A stretch of DNA of 64,000 nucleotides from Dictyostelium discoideum (taxonomy: Eukaryota), in the NCBI GenBank assembly GCA_000004695.1, contig CM000155.2, forward strand, positions 736,001-800,000. Direction: 5' to 3'. Positions 12,931 to 26,389 of the stretch are shown here, piece by piece. The position numbers and the translations under genes are program-made. Positions within the stretch are counted from its first letter, which is position 1. Every line of letters begins with the position of its first letter. The notes under the pieces were generated by a model. It saw only the letters and a program-made list of their open reading frames with translations. It was not told where the DNA came from and ran no database searches.

Positions 12931-13387
12931 ACCAAATTTAATTAAACAATAAAATAATTTTTTTTTTTCTTTTTAGATTTATCAAAACTAGTTTTATTTT
13001 ATTTATTTTTTTATTTATTTTTTTATTTATTTTTTTTAATTAAGATTGTAGTTTTATTTTATTATCTTTTTTTTTATTTATTTATTCTTTTTATTTATTC
13101 ATTTGTTTATTTATTATAATAATGATACACCTAAAAATATAAAAAATAAAACTTCATTTGCTAAACCTGCTTTATCAATTAACCCTGCTGTACCTACCAA
13201 TAAATAAACGATGACCATAGGTTGATTATATTTTTTTTGCTTCACTTTTAACCCAAATGTATTTATTAATTTATTTATTTATTATTTATTTATTATTTAA
13301 TATTTAATTGTTTAATTGTTTAATAATTTATTGTCTTAATATTGAAAATATGAAAATAAAAAAAAAAAAACGAAAAAAAAAAAAATG

Positions 13388-13420
<33 letters not shown>

Positions 13421-13613
13421 ATTAACATATTGTAATTAATAATTAATAAACAAAAAAATAATTCCCATGTTAATTTATTATTATTTTTTAATAAAATGTG
13501 TTGGTAAACCAACTTTCAAATTTTTTTTTTTTTTTATTTTTTAAAATTTTTAGGTGATACCATTTTTTTTATTTTTTATTATTTTTTATTTATTTTTCAT
13601 GTTAATTATCACA

Positions 13614-13761
13614 ATGAAAAGGTTATCTCTACTATCAACAATAAATAAATTAAATAAATTTGGTATTTCACCAATCTATCAATATGGTTTAAATTCAACA
13701 ACATTAAGAAATATTATAACCATTCAACAAAGATCTTACGCATCATTATCATCAACACCAC

Positions 13762-13820
<59 letters not shown>

Positions 13821-16672
13821 CCATCACCACCATCACCATCACCATCACCATCACCATCACCATCACCATCACCATCACCATCACCATCACCATCACCATC
13901 ACCGTCACCGTCACCATCACCATCACCAACCACAACCTCAACATTTGAAAAAAAGTAAATAAATTAGAATAAAAAAAATAAAAATAAAAAATTTAAATTT
14001 ACCATTGTCACACATTCATATATTTATTTTTCTTGATTTATAGATATAGTTATCAATTTGAATCAAAATTATCAGAAGCAATATATACTCAAGAAATAGA
14101 AAAAAAAAAATTAATTGTAAATGAAATTATACAAAGTGATAAACTTTTAGTTTCGCGACTTACACCAACATTACTTTTACAATTAACAGATTATGATATA
14201 TCATTGGCATTAAAATTATTTGATAAATATCATAATGATTTGATGTGTCATATTGAAAATAAAAAAGAAATGATTAATCAAGAAGAAAAGCAAACAGATG
14301 AAAAAGCAATAGAGTATTTTAAAAAATATCAATTACAACCATTCGAAATAATGTTAGAGTATTATGTAAGAAAACAAGATATAGATGGATTGGAAGCATT
14401 CTGTGTGAAATACATTTCAAAATATAGATTTTATTTTTTATCAAAACCATTTTTTAATATCTTTAAACATTTTGGGAAAACTTCATTTGAAAAGTTTACT
14501 GAATTTGTATTCCGTCTATACGATATCAAATCGTTTGCATCACCAAAATCATCAATTAAAGTAATGATTTTATTATTGGCACTTCAAAAAGACTCGAATC
14601 GAGGTTTCAATAGATTTTTTAACTATCATATAGAAAGATGGGGTCGCATCACTAGTGAAGATGCTTCTAATATATTTAAATATTTAATAGCAACTAATGA
14701 TTTAAAAACAATCGCTAATGTCCTAAATTGTATCGACTCAAATAAAACTGATACTACTAACAAATTAATACCCAAAGAGATTATCAACTTATTCAGAGTC
14801 TTTTCAAAATCTGAAAAAGATATAACGATATTAGTTGGATATCAAGATCTAATATTCAAACAAATGAAAAAATTACATCCAAAAGAAATCGCAGCTATAA
14901 TCTTCTTTTATAATGTTATTGATAATACCCACTATAAAGGTGAATTTAAAATTAATAAACAATTCCTATCAAGATTACATGGTGAATTCTTAAGAACTCT
15001 ACCAAAAGAAACAATTAAAGTCATTATTGATTATTTGGTTAAATATTTCCTTTCAGCAAATGATTATGAAAAATCATTATATTGGTTCAATGCAAATTCA
15101 ACAATATTTAGTAATGAAATTAGTAAAACCATAATATTTAGTTTCATTGCTTACCATACATTACAATTACCATCAAATAAAATCGAAAAAAAGAGAATTG
15201 AAGAATATCGTCAATTTTGGAGAAAAATCTTAAAGCAATCTGAAAATCAAACTTCTAATGATAAATATTTAGGTGTGGAGGAATCTGTTTATTCAGATTT
15301 TAAGAATTTAAATCCTTTAGAAATATTGGAATCAATATATAAATTAAATATAGGCTATGAAAGGCTTCTAACTAGAAGATATGATTACAAACGTCTATTA
15401 ATATTTAATAAAGATTATCTTCACGATACTACTTTATCAGCAATGTTAAAAAATGATAATTTTAAAGGTTCAGAGATTTTCAATTACTTAAATGATAATT
15501 TCTTAAAGAAATCACAATTACCAGTTGGTACTTTATTATTAGATACAATTTTAAAAATTCAAAGTCTTAATAAAAGAGAAAATAAAAAAGAAGATAAAAA
15601 AGAAGATAAAAAAGAAGAAGTAGATGAAAAAGATGAAAAAGTAAATAAAAAAAAAGGTAAAAAAAAATCATTAATTAGTGATTATTGGGAAAATAATGAT
15701 TCAGGATTTTCAAGATTAACAAATAAAGAAATTAATTTTATTCAACCAATGTTGGAAGGAATAAAGAATGATTTAATACTTGATAGAGATATATTTGATG
15801 AAAGATATGATCAAATGTTATCGACAGCACAACAATTGTCATTGTCACGGAAATTGGGTAAAGATGAAATTCAAATATTAAGAGTAGCATTATTGAATCT
15901 TTATTTCTATAAAACTGAAGAATCAATGGTAGACTATTTAAAAATCGTCACTCAAATGATTAAAAATCGTCATAGAATTCCATTTGATGTATTTGAACAA
16001 ACTTGTTGGTTAGTTTTAGAACATTACAGTAAATTGGTCGATAATGGTAGTGTCGATATTACAATGTTAGTCGATTTCATCGAGAAATTCACTAGAGATA
16101 ATCCAACTTTTGAAATTGGCTATTTGGTAATTTTAAATTCTTTATATTCTCTTCAAAAATACAGTGAAGCTCCATCCTACATTAATTTACATTCAAATTT
16201 CAGAAATACTCATGACACTTTGTTATCTCTAACCAATTGTTTATTACAACTTAACCCAGAATCAATTGACTGGAAACAATTTTTAGATAGGATCGAATCA
16301 TTGAAAAAGTTTGAAAATCTAGCATTCTTATTGAATCCAATTATCAAACATTTAGAAAAACATCCAAAAGAATTGGTTGATTTCGAAAATTCCGTTTTAA
16401 CTGAATCTCCATACTCTACTTATTTAATCGGTATTGATAATCAATCTTTTGAAACACTTATCCGTCATCATATAAATGATCCTGTTCAATTGGAATATTA
16501 TGCCAGAAGTTATCTTCGACCTTCCCAAGTAACTAATTTTCTATTTGCCATTGAAGAAAATAAAAAATTAGGGAACAGGGAATTTATTGGGGAAGAAATA
16601 TTAAAATATAACAGGCTTTTTAAATACTCAACTCAAAATTTAAAAGACTCCTTTAATAAAAATAAAAAATAA
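13614..16672 (+). CDS. Gene A copy 2: ~989-aa paralogue; 2 exons (13614..13954, 14044..16672)
   Basis: Same presequence MKRLSLLSTINKLNKFGISPIYQYGLNSTTLRNIITIQQRSY. A greatly expanded S(19)/(PS)n linker comes from (TCA)n plus (CACCAT)n. Donor GTAAAT at 13955. Acceptor ttatAG at 14042-43. The phase joins into the 879-aa ORF. About 70-80% amino-acid identity to copy 1 by eye. Confidence 0.65.
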
Positions 16673-16695
16673 TAAAAGTTTAAAAAATAATAAAA

Positions 16696-16696
<1 letters not shown>

Positions 16697-16761
<65 letters not shown>
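16697..16761. repeat. (TAA)n microsatellite
   Basis: About 21 perfect units downstream of gene A copy 2. Confidence 0.95.
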
Positions 16762-16764
<3 letters not shown>

Positions 16765-16974
16765 TCACAAGAGGAAAAAAAAGTTTTAATTTATTATTTT
16801 TATTTAAATTAACATTAATAAAAAAACACCATACGAATTAAAAAAAGCTTTTTTTTTGAAATCTAAATTTTTATTATGGTCGGATGCAAAAAAATTTCAG
16901 CAGATATCCAAGCGGTGAAAAGTAATTTTATGTGGCTTGTCGCCTCTTTTTTTTATTTTTATTTTCTACGCGAT

Positions 16975-17400
16975 TTTTGATATGATTGAATATTTTTGGG
17001 AAATTCATTTGAAAGGTTTACTGAATTTGTATTGCGTCTATACAATAACAAATCGTTAGTACTAAGTTTATCACTTCTCACTATAAGTAAATCATTTAAC
17101 TCTTAAATATAATATATTTGAATATTTAACACCAAAACAATTGCTAATGTCCTAAATTGTATCGATTCAAGTAAAACTGAAACTACCAAATTATCACCTA
17201 GTTTTATTATTAACCTATTCAGAGTCTTTTCAAAATCTGAAAAAGATATAACGATATTAGTTGGACACCAAGATCTAATATTCAAAGAAATGAAAAAATT
17301 ACATCTAAAAGAAATGGCAGATATAATTTTCTTTTATAATTGATCAATTAAAAGAATATCTTCATGATATTACTTTATTAGCAATGCACACCTGATTTTT
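16975..17400 (+). pseudogene. Short, internally deleted gene A fragment
   Basis: gaaattcatttgaaaggtttactgaatttgtattgcgtctatacaataacaaa reads SFEKFTEFVLRLYNNK. TIANVLNCIDSSKTETTKL…NLFRVFSKSEKDITILVGHQDLIFKEMKKLHLKEMADIIFFYN follows, then a KDYLHDITLLAM remnant. Stops and deletions are present. Confidence 0.45.
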
Positions 17401-17745
17401 CTAAATATTCAACTGAATACACCTTAAAAAAAAATAAAAAAAATAATAGTGTTTAAAAAAAAAAAAAAAGAATAATAGTTTTTTTTAATCAAAAATGAGA
17501 AAAAGAAATAAAATAAAGAAAATATACAAATATTTATAAAAAACAATTACTAGTAATTATTTTATTTTTTATTTTTATTTTTATTTTTTTTTTATTTTTT
17601 TTTAATTAAAAAATGAAAAACGAAAAAAAAAAAATAAAAAATAAAAAAACAAGTCTAATAATTTTTCGCTTTTTTCGCTTTTTTTTTTTTTTTTTTTTTG
17701 AATTTTTTTTTTTTCTTTTACCATTTTTTAAGTTATTTATATAAA

Positions 17746-17988
17746 ATGATTCGTTTTATATTGAAACCACCAATAAATAGTAATTGTTTAAAAAATAGTT
17801 TTTATATAAAAAGATATTATTCATTTGAAAATAAAAAAAAATTAAATAATTATAAAAATAAATCTATTATTAATAATAACAATAATAGTAATAACAATAA
17901 TTATAATTATAATAGTGGTATTAATAATTACAATAATAATAGTAATAATAATAATAATAATAATAAAAACAATAATAATAATTTAGAA

Positions 17989-18023
<35 letters not shown>

Positions 18024-21000
18024 AAATCAAGATGAAAATGTAAATAATAATAATAATAATTTAGAAAATAATATTGAAATTGAAAGAATTAAAGAAGCTA
18101 TTTTAAAAAAATACCTTGTTAAAGGGTTTAGTGGTTCAAATGATTTTTCAATACTAGATTCAAAAACAAGTTATCAATTTTCAAATTTAAATGAACTAAT
18201 TCAAGAAAATAGAGTTAATTTTGGAGAATGTTTAATTTTATTTGATAAAATTACACTAAGAGATGATATTAAATTTTCAAATGTTTATAACAACTTCTTT
18301 TCACTCATCATTATGAAAGGTTTAAAAGAAGGTAGTATCCAAGCAACCTTTCATTTCTTTCAAGAGAGAATTCATCTTGCTCAAAATTTTGTTTTCACTG
18401 AAGAATTTTCATTCATGATGATAGAATTTTATGAATTTGAAAAAAAGCATACTAGTAAATACAACAACGATGATAGCATTAACATTAATAATAATAATAA
18501 TAATATCGATTCACCACTTGCCTATTTTAATAAGCCATTTAGAAATACATTGGATGTGTTATTTAAACATCATTTAGTAAATGAAAGAACACTTGTATTA
18601 TTATTTAAAATAGCATTATCAAATGGAAATTTAAAACTATTTGATTTTCTATTTAATTACTATATAAAGAGTGCAGAAATTCTCAATAAATATTTAACAT
18701 CAAATGAAATAGCTGAAAATGGAAATCAAGATTTTAATAATAATAATATTTATAATAATAGTTATACTATTAATTATATTAATAATATAAATATTAAACA
18801 TTTTGAATTAAGTAATGTATATCTATTAGCATTACCAAATAATTTACATGTTAGTTTAATTCAAAGAATGATATTAAATGATGAATATGACAATGTTTTA
18901 AAAGTATTAGATATTGCATTAAAAAAAGGTACACCAGAAATTATAGAATGTTTCCAATCGATTTTGAAAATTTGTAAATATAAAAAACAAGATCCAACCA
19001 AGTATATAGATGTTTTATTTAGAAGTGAATACAGAGAACAATTGAAAAACTATTATCCAACATTACTATATTTCAATCAGACCACACAAAATATCGAAGT
19101 TTTCAATCATCTATTCGATTATATATCAAATTATAAAGATTCAAATATAAGACATGAGATCTTTTCATCCATGGTTTTAACTTCACTCTATCATAGTAGA
19201 TATGAATTGGCATTGGATTGGTATTATCATACAGTATATAAATGTAAATTTGAATCAACTTATTCAATCCATATTTTCATTTTCTATTCAACCTATTTCA
19301 AGAAAATACCATTTCTTCAAAGATTTTGGTCAAACAAATTGGAGAGTCAAATGAATTCCGATGAATATTTTACAAAGATAAAATTAAAATTTGATTCCTT
19401 TCAACCAAATATTTCAAATAATATTATATTTTCATTATTACCAATAAATGTATTTTTTAAAAATCAAAAACCATTACATAAAATTATTTCACCAAAACCT
19501 AAAGTTTTACCAACATCATTCTCATTTAAACGTAATATAAAAAATGATCAACAACAACAACAACAACGACAACAACAAAATGAAGATGAACAAGATGATG
19601 AAGACAGATTAGAAGAGGAAGAAGAAGAAGAAGAAGAGGAAGAACAAGAAGAAGAAGAAGAAGAACAAGAAAGAGAAGGATTAAATAATGAAGGATTTGA
19701 AGATTTTATTAATAATAATACTAATTATTATAATAATAATTATTATAATAATAATTATTATAAAAATAAATATTTTAAAAATGATTATTTTAAAAATAAA
19801 TATTATTATGATAATAAAAAGGAAAAACCAATTAAAATTGATTTAGCAATTTCACGAAGTAAAAATATACATTCAATTAAATTTAATGAAGAATTAATTT
19901 TTCAAAAGATTATACTTACAAGTAGAGAACCAATTAAATTAGAAACTGATAGATATTTATTCTTTTTATGTACTTGTTCAACCGATTTAGAATTTATTAG
20001 AAATTATGTAGTTGAAAATTATTTTAAAACCAATAGGATCTTACCAAATGATTTATTGACTAGAATAATGCATATATTAAAGTTGGATCCTTTTATTTAC
20101 TTTAAAGCAATAAAAGATGCGCCAGAGTATTACAGATTCCTGATGTTTGATGCTGGCGTATTTAATAATCTATTGGTGAAAAATTTCGATCAAGTCATTG
20201 AATTTATGAGTGTAGATAATAGCTATTATATTTCATCGCCTCATTTTCAAAAAATCATTTACCGTGCATTAATTAATAAATACCGAGATGAGAGATCAAT
20301 TAATCTATCAAATGGAATGCTAAGAACAATGTTTAAGAAAGGCTTCGACTTGGACCCTATCGCCGATAGCATTGGCCATTTCGCACGTTATAATAATTTA
20401 CAAATTCCTAAAGAGGTTTTCGATCATTTATTCAAGAAAATGAAATATCAAAGAATTACCTCATTTCATATAATTAATTTAATCCGTGACCAAAAGTTCA
20501 AAGAAGCATTGGACTTTTTGGAAGGATCTCCACGTGATCTCATTGATACAGATACAAAGAAACTATATTTGGAACATGTTTTCCCGGTGCTTTATCCGCT
20601 ATCGGATCTGGATAATGTGACTGTCTGGTTTGACATTTTAAGAGATAACCCAGATAATAAAATTAGAAACAAAATTGGGTTCTTTAATTTTCTATTGGTT
20701 GATTTGGCTAAACATGGACAAAAAGATATTATCATTTCATTGATTGAAAAAGATAGTAGAATCATGTCAAATATAAATCAAAAAACTTTATTTATTATTT
20801 TATCTCAATTTGATTTACAATTACCAAAAAGAAATCAATCGAAATTAATTGAAAATTCAAATAAAATAATCTCATTTTTTAAAGCTTCAAGAGTGTACGA
20901 ACAATATCATGAAGATGTTGTTAATTTAGTTTCAAAAGCAAATGAAATAGTTAAAGATGAAGAAATTATGAAATTTTTAAGTGATTCTCCAATAAGTGAA

Positions 21001-21096
21001 TTTCAACCTCCAAAATTAAAAAAAGATCCAATTTCAATATCTCAAAATTCAATTGATTTCATTGAAAAATATTATATTGATGATGAATTTAAATAG
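17746..21096 (+). CDS. Large (~1116 aa) Asn/Glu-rich helical protein with mitochondrial-presequence-like N-terminus (MIRFILKPPINSNCLKNSFYIKRYYSF). Possible PPR-like helical repeats.
   Basis: Continuous ORF (track 17698..21096). The first upstream-clean ATG is at 17746. It contains a poly-Glu run and poly-Asn tracts. Segments such as FSSMVLTSLYHSRYELALDWYYHTVYK look like degenerate 35-aa helical hairpins. No firm family assignment. Confidence 0.55.
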
Positions 21097-21532
21097 AAAT
21101 AAATAAACAAACAAATAAACAAAAAGGTTTTTTTTTTTTTTTTACTTTAAAATATTTTATTTTTATTTTTATTTTTTTTATTTTTTTTATTTTTTTTTTA
21201 AAAAATCTGGGTTACCCATTATTCTATGTTTTATTTTATTATTATTTTTATTTTTTTATTTTTCATTTTCTTAAAAAAATTAAAAAAAAAAAATTAAAAA
21301 TAACTGGATTTTTTAAAAGAAAAATAAAAAAAAAATTAAAAAAAAAAATTAAAAAAAAAAATTAAAAAAAAAAAAATTAAAAAAAAAAAATTAAAAAATG
21401 GTGACTTAAAATTTTGCAACTATCAAGGGGGTTATATTTTTTTTTTTTTTAATTTTTTTTTTTTTTTAATTTTTCACTTATTATTTTAAGTTGGTCATTA
21501 ACTTAAAATATATATGTATTTTTTAAATTACT

Positions 21533-21568
<36 letters not shown>

Positions 21569-21606
21569 GTTTTTTCTCTCCCTCTGTTGATCTTTTTTAG
21601 AGAGAA

Positions 21607-22351
21607 ATGGTAACATTTAACCTTAAAAATGTAACCGATGAACACTATGATCCTTCTAATCTCAATCTGAAGACGATTTCAATGGAACAGGCTTTAGAGT
21701 TAGAAGAACAGTCAAAAGTTAATTTTTCATCTCCAGATTTTATGTTTCAATTTTTATTAATGGAAACACTTTTAATTAAAGAAGTTAAAAGGATAGAAGA
21801 AAGTAACTATTGTAGTTTAGAAAGAGGCGAAGGACCATATGTAAAAATCAATTGGACCCCAAATTTTGAGGATTTCATTTCAAACTCATTAAAAATAACT
21901 GAATATGAAATTGGTGAAAATTTTCATTTTAGAGATAATTTATTTCGTAAGTATTGGTTTAAAATTTTGGTTTCTTGTGATACAAATAAAAAATATACAT
22001 AAATTGTTATTATGATTAATATATATTTTATAGATATATATATATATTATACATATATACTAATCATAATTACAATTAGCTAAAAACTACTCACAAATGA
22101 AAAGAGATAAAGCTAAAAAAAGTTTAGAATCACTTAATTTACTTAAACACAAAGCTCGTAAAATGATAAGTGAGTTTCAAACATTAAAAGAACATTTAAA
22201 TGAAAAAATTAGGGAAGTAGAGAGTAACTATGCATTAAAAGTAAAGGAGCATAATCAAATATCCTCTGAAATAGAAAACCTAGAGTCACTTTTGTTATTA
22301 GATGAGCCACAACAACAATCATCTTCACCACAAAAACCACAACAACAACAG

Positions 22352-22382
<31 letters not shown>

Positions 22383-23339
22383 CTCAAAAGAAGGCTCACC
22401 ATAAACAAAAATCACCACCTCAAAAAAAACCACAACAACCACAGCAACAACAACAACCACCACCACAACAACAACCACCACCACAACAACAACAACAAAA
22501 CTCTGTTGGAATTTTACCAAAGATATTACCATCAAAAAGTTTGGCTGTATTACCTTGTTCTGTAAAGGATGCTGGTAATTTATTGTTAAAATCTACACCA
22601 AGTAAGTTGCTTGCTGGTGCAGATTCAAAAGAAGAACAATTTTTTGAAATAGAGATTATTCATCTTCATAAATATATTGAAACAATTGAATTGGAATTTG
22701 AATTACAAGTTTTGCCTGATCCCATATCAGAGCATAATCTTGTTCCAATCTCAACAGAACCACAAGAGATTCAACAAGGTGGAAGAGGATATAAACTTAA
22801 ATTTGCTACAACTGAGTTTATAAAATCCCCTCATCAAATGGTTACACTTGTACTTTGGGCAACAATTAAAGGTACAGAAATCTCAAGTAATGCAATACTA
22901 AAACCAATTAAAATCATCTCTCTACATAATAGTTCCAATAGAATAAATCAACAAAACTATTGTGGACTTGATGAAAATTTACAAAAAAGAAGATCACAAC
23001 TTCTCATTAATATCCATAAAGGTTGTAATATTGATGAAACCATTAATAATATTAATAATATTAATCATAGTTTCACTCAATTATTTGGCACATTTGAATT
23101 TTATGAACAGCAAATGAAAAAAAAGATATTAAAAAAAGAAATTAAAAAGAAAGAATATCAAATTAAATATCCTTATCCTCCAGATTCTAGAACAGTTGCA
23201 ACACATTCAATTAATTTTAGAAAGACAGATGCTAATGGTAATTATGTTTGTCATGGTGCTGTTGGTGCAAATAAAGTTGGTTATTTCTTGGGTTTCTTAA
23301 AAAATGGTGGTGAAGATTTTCCAATTCTTAAAAAAGATG

Positions 23340-23376
<37 letters not shown>

Positions 23377-23424
23377 CAATATAGCTGAAAGACCTGGTAG
23401 TAATAATAATATAGTTGAAAGACC

Positions 23425-23517
<93 letters not shown>

Positions 23518-23548
23518 TAGCAGTAATAATATTAATAATAATAACAAC

Positions 23549-23628
<80 letters not shown>

Positions 23629-24280
23629 GGTAGATACTATAAATCCAGGTAATCCAAATCAAAGAAATAAACAAGGTCAAACACCATTACATTTATCAAC
23701 TCATTATAGAATTGGATATGAATTTACACGTATCATTTTGAAGAAAAAAGGAAACGTTTTTTTGAAAGATAATTTCGGACAAACTTGTTTCCATTTGGCC
23801 GTGGAGAGATGTCATTCAACAATGGTTTTAAATCTACTGAGATTGTATCCCAATCTGGTATTTAAACAAAATAATCATGGTCTCTATCCTGTCCATTTCG
23901 CAGCAATGGATGACACGGTCGATATCATTGATATTTTCATCGATCATCAAATTCAACTACTGGAGAGAGACAAAAACGCGCCTTTGTTTATCCTTTTCCA
24001 AGATTCAGTCGGTATGACCCCTCTACACTGGGCTGCTTCACTGGGTTTAACTAGTATCTGCCAAAAGTTAGTCCAATTTGGTGGTTGCAACATTAGAGAT
24101 TTTGAAGGTGAAACTGCAATTTTCAAAGCAATTCGTTCGGCAAACCCTACAACTTTCCAATATTTCCTTAGTCTTCCCGAAGTTGATACCTCCATCATTA
24201 ATTTCAACGGTATGGGTATAGAGTCTCTATTAAAATTTAGAAATGTTAAAAAAATTCAACCAGAAATTTGTCAATTCTGA
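21607..24280 (+). CDS. PolyQ/polyN protein with C-terminal ankyrin repeats; probable 2-exon gene (21607..21946, 22080..24280)
   Basis: ORF 21607..22002 has a GTAAGT donor at 21947. Acceptor acaattAG at 22078-79 (or tatAG at ~22030) keeps the frame into the 22097..24280 ORF. Only 95 bp separate the two ORFs. C-terminal ANK motifs include GQTPLHLSTHY, GQTCFHLAVERCHSTMVLNLL, GLYPVHFAAMDDTVDIIDIF, GMTPLHWAASLGLTSICQKLV. Confidence 0.5.
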
Positions 24281-24311
24281 TCCAATAAACAATAAAATAT
24301 TTATTCACCTA

Positions 24312-24348
<37 letters not shown>

Positions 24349-25359
24349 TTGTTATATAATTGTAATTTTAATTATTTACCTTACAAAACTTACAAAATGA
24401 CCTAACCGATTGTTTTTAATAACCTTTATTTAATTAAAAAGTAAAAATAAAAAATAAAAAATAAAAAAAAAATATTTTAAAAAACAAAAATAAAAAATAA
24501 TAAACACATAATAGATATTAAAATAAGATTTTTTCTAATTAAGGGATAGAAATTAAGTCAAATAAATTTTTTTTTTTTTTTTTTTTTTTTATTTAATTTA
24601 AAGGTTAGTAATTTAAAGATTTTAAAATCAAAATTGTTATATTATTTAAGAATACGGAAATTTCATCAATCTTCTAAAAAAAAAAAAACAATCTATCATC
24701 GACATTATTTGTTTTTTTTTTTTATAAAATTATTTTTTATTTATTTTTTTATTTATTTATTTATTTTTATTTATTTTTTTATTTATCTATTTAATTATTT
24801 GTTTGTTTGCACCATTACCTTTTTTGAAAAAGACATTTAAAATTCCTTTGAAAATAACTTAATATTTTAAGCTTATGTTTTTTTAAGTTATTTATTTTAA
24901 TAACTTTGCCACAAAGATTTATTTTTTGAGTTTGATTTTATTTTCAAAAAAAGTTTTTAAAAAAATTAATAAAAATTTTTTTTTTTTTTTTAAAGTCTAA
25001 AAAAAAAAATTTAATCATTTTAAATAACAAAAAAATAATATTTTATGTTAATTTTGATAAATTTTTTATTTAATATAAAAAAAAAATAAAAAAAATTCTT
25101 ATTAAACTCAACACAAAGCATGCTTTACTTTGAATTTTTTTTTTTTTATTTTAATATTTATTTCAAGATTTATTTTATAAAAAAGATATATTTTATCTGT
25201 GTTTTTTTTTTTTTTTTATTTTATTCCATTTAACCCCATATTTAATTGATTGTAAAAAAAAAAAAAAAAAAAAATTTAAGATCCACAAAGAATAAAAACA
25301 TTAACATTTTAAAGGAGTTTAAATTATTAAGTCTTTTAAAAATCCGCAAACAGCTTTTG

Positions 25360-25393
<34 letters not shown>

Positions 25394-26031
25394 CAAGTTT
25401 ATTCGAATTTATGAGCTCATAATAAAATTTATCCCAGCCAAAAAAAAAAGGATTCGAAAATTCAACCTCTCAACAATCCGAGATGATAAAACAAATAAAA
25501 TTATTTTATTATTTCTTTATATATAAAAAAAAATCAAAAATTATCATACATGAGCGGGGTACTGGTTTAAATTAATAAAAAAAAAAAAAAATAATAAAAT
25601 TTTGTTTAAAAAAAAAAAAAAATATCTTTCTTAGGTCCGACAAAAATAAATATTATCATGAAATTTATATTTTTATAATTTCTATTATTTTTTTATTTTT
25701 TAAATTATTTATATTTCTATAATTTTTATTTATTTTTTTTTTATTTTTTTTTTATTTTTTTTTTGTTTTTTTTTGTTTTTTTTTGTTTTTTATTTATTTT
25801 CTTTTTATTTTCTTAATAAACAAAAAAAAAAAAAAAAAAACCCTAATGCTGGGAGTTTAAAAAATTGAATATGGAATATTGATTTATTATTAAAATCTAT
25901 TATTATCATAATTTTCCTGAAGTTTATTTGTGTGAATTAAAGAGAGAGTGTGAATTAAAGAGAGAATCCTCAAGTCACTCGAATTTTTGTTTTTAAAATT
26001 TGATTTTTTTTTAAATTTTTTTTTTTTTTTT

Positions 26032-26067
<36 letters not shown>

Positions 26068-26166
26068 GGATGACCTAATATACGTTGGAAATTATTTTTT
26101 TTTTATTTTTTTTTTTATTTTTTTATTTTTTTTCTACTAAACATAACTATAATACTAAATTAAATT

Positions 26167-26198
<32 letters not shown>

Positions 26199-26389
26199 GG
26201 TAACCCCTTAATAATAATAATAATATTTAATAATTCGCAATATTGTAATAACAACATAGATTTTTTTTTTTTAAATTTTTTTTTAAAAAAAAAAAATATC
26301 TCATTTTGTGTTGAATTAATCAAAAAAAAAAAAAAAAACAAAAAAAAAAAACCAAAAAATTTGTCAAACATAGCTATTTTAATTAAAAA

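Noticed and set aside
22209-23680. Minus-strand and alternate-frame ORFs encoding poly-V, poly-L, poly-I or poly-H (22209..22535 -, 22302..22565 +, 23281..23550 -, 23297..23680 -, 23415..23633 +)
   Set aside because: They are mirror or frame-shifted readings of the (CAA)n/(AAT)n microsatellites inside the real + strand ankyrin gene. Their composition is homopolymeric and they have no start context.
25440-25570. tRNA-like fragments (ggattcgaa T-loop-like word; gagcggggtactggttt)
   Set aside because: No acceptor stem or anticodon-arm cloverleaf could be assembled by eye. This and the other short GC islands were checked for tRNA features and none qualified. A tRNAscan-SE run would be definitive.
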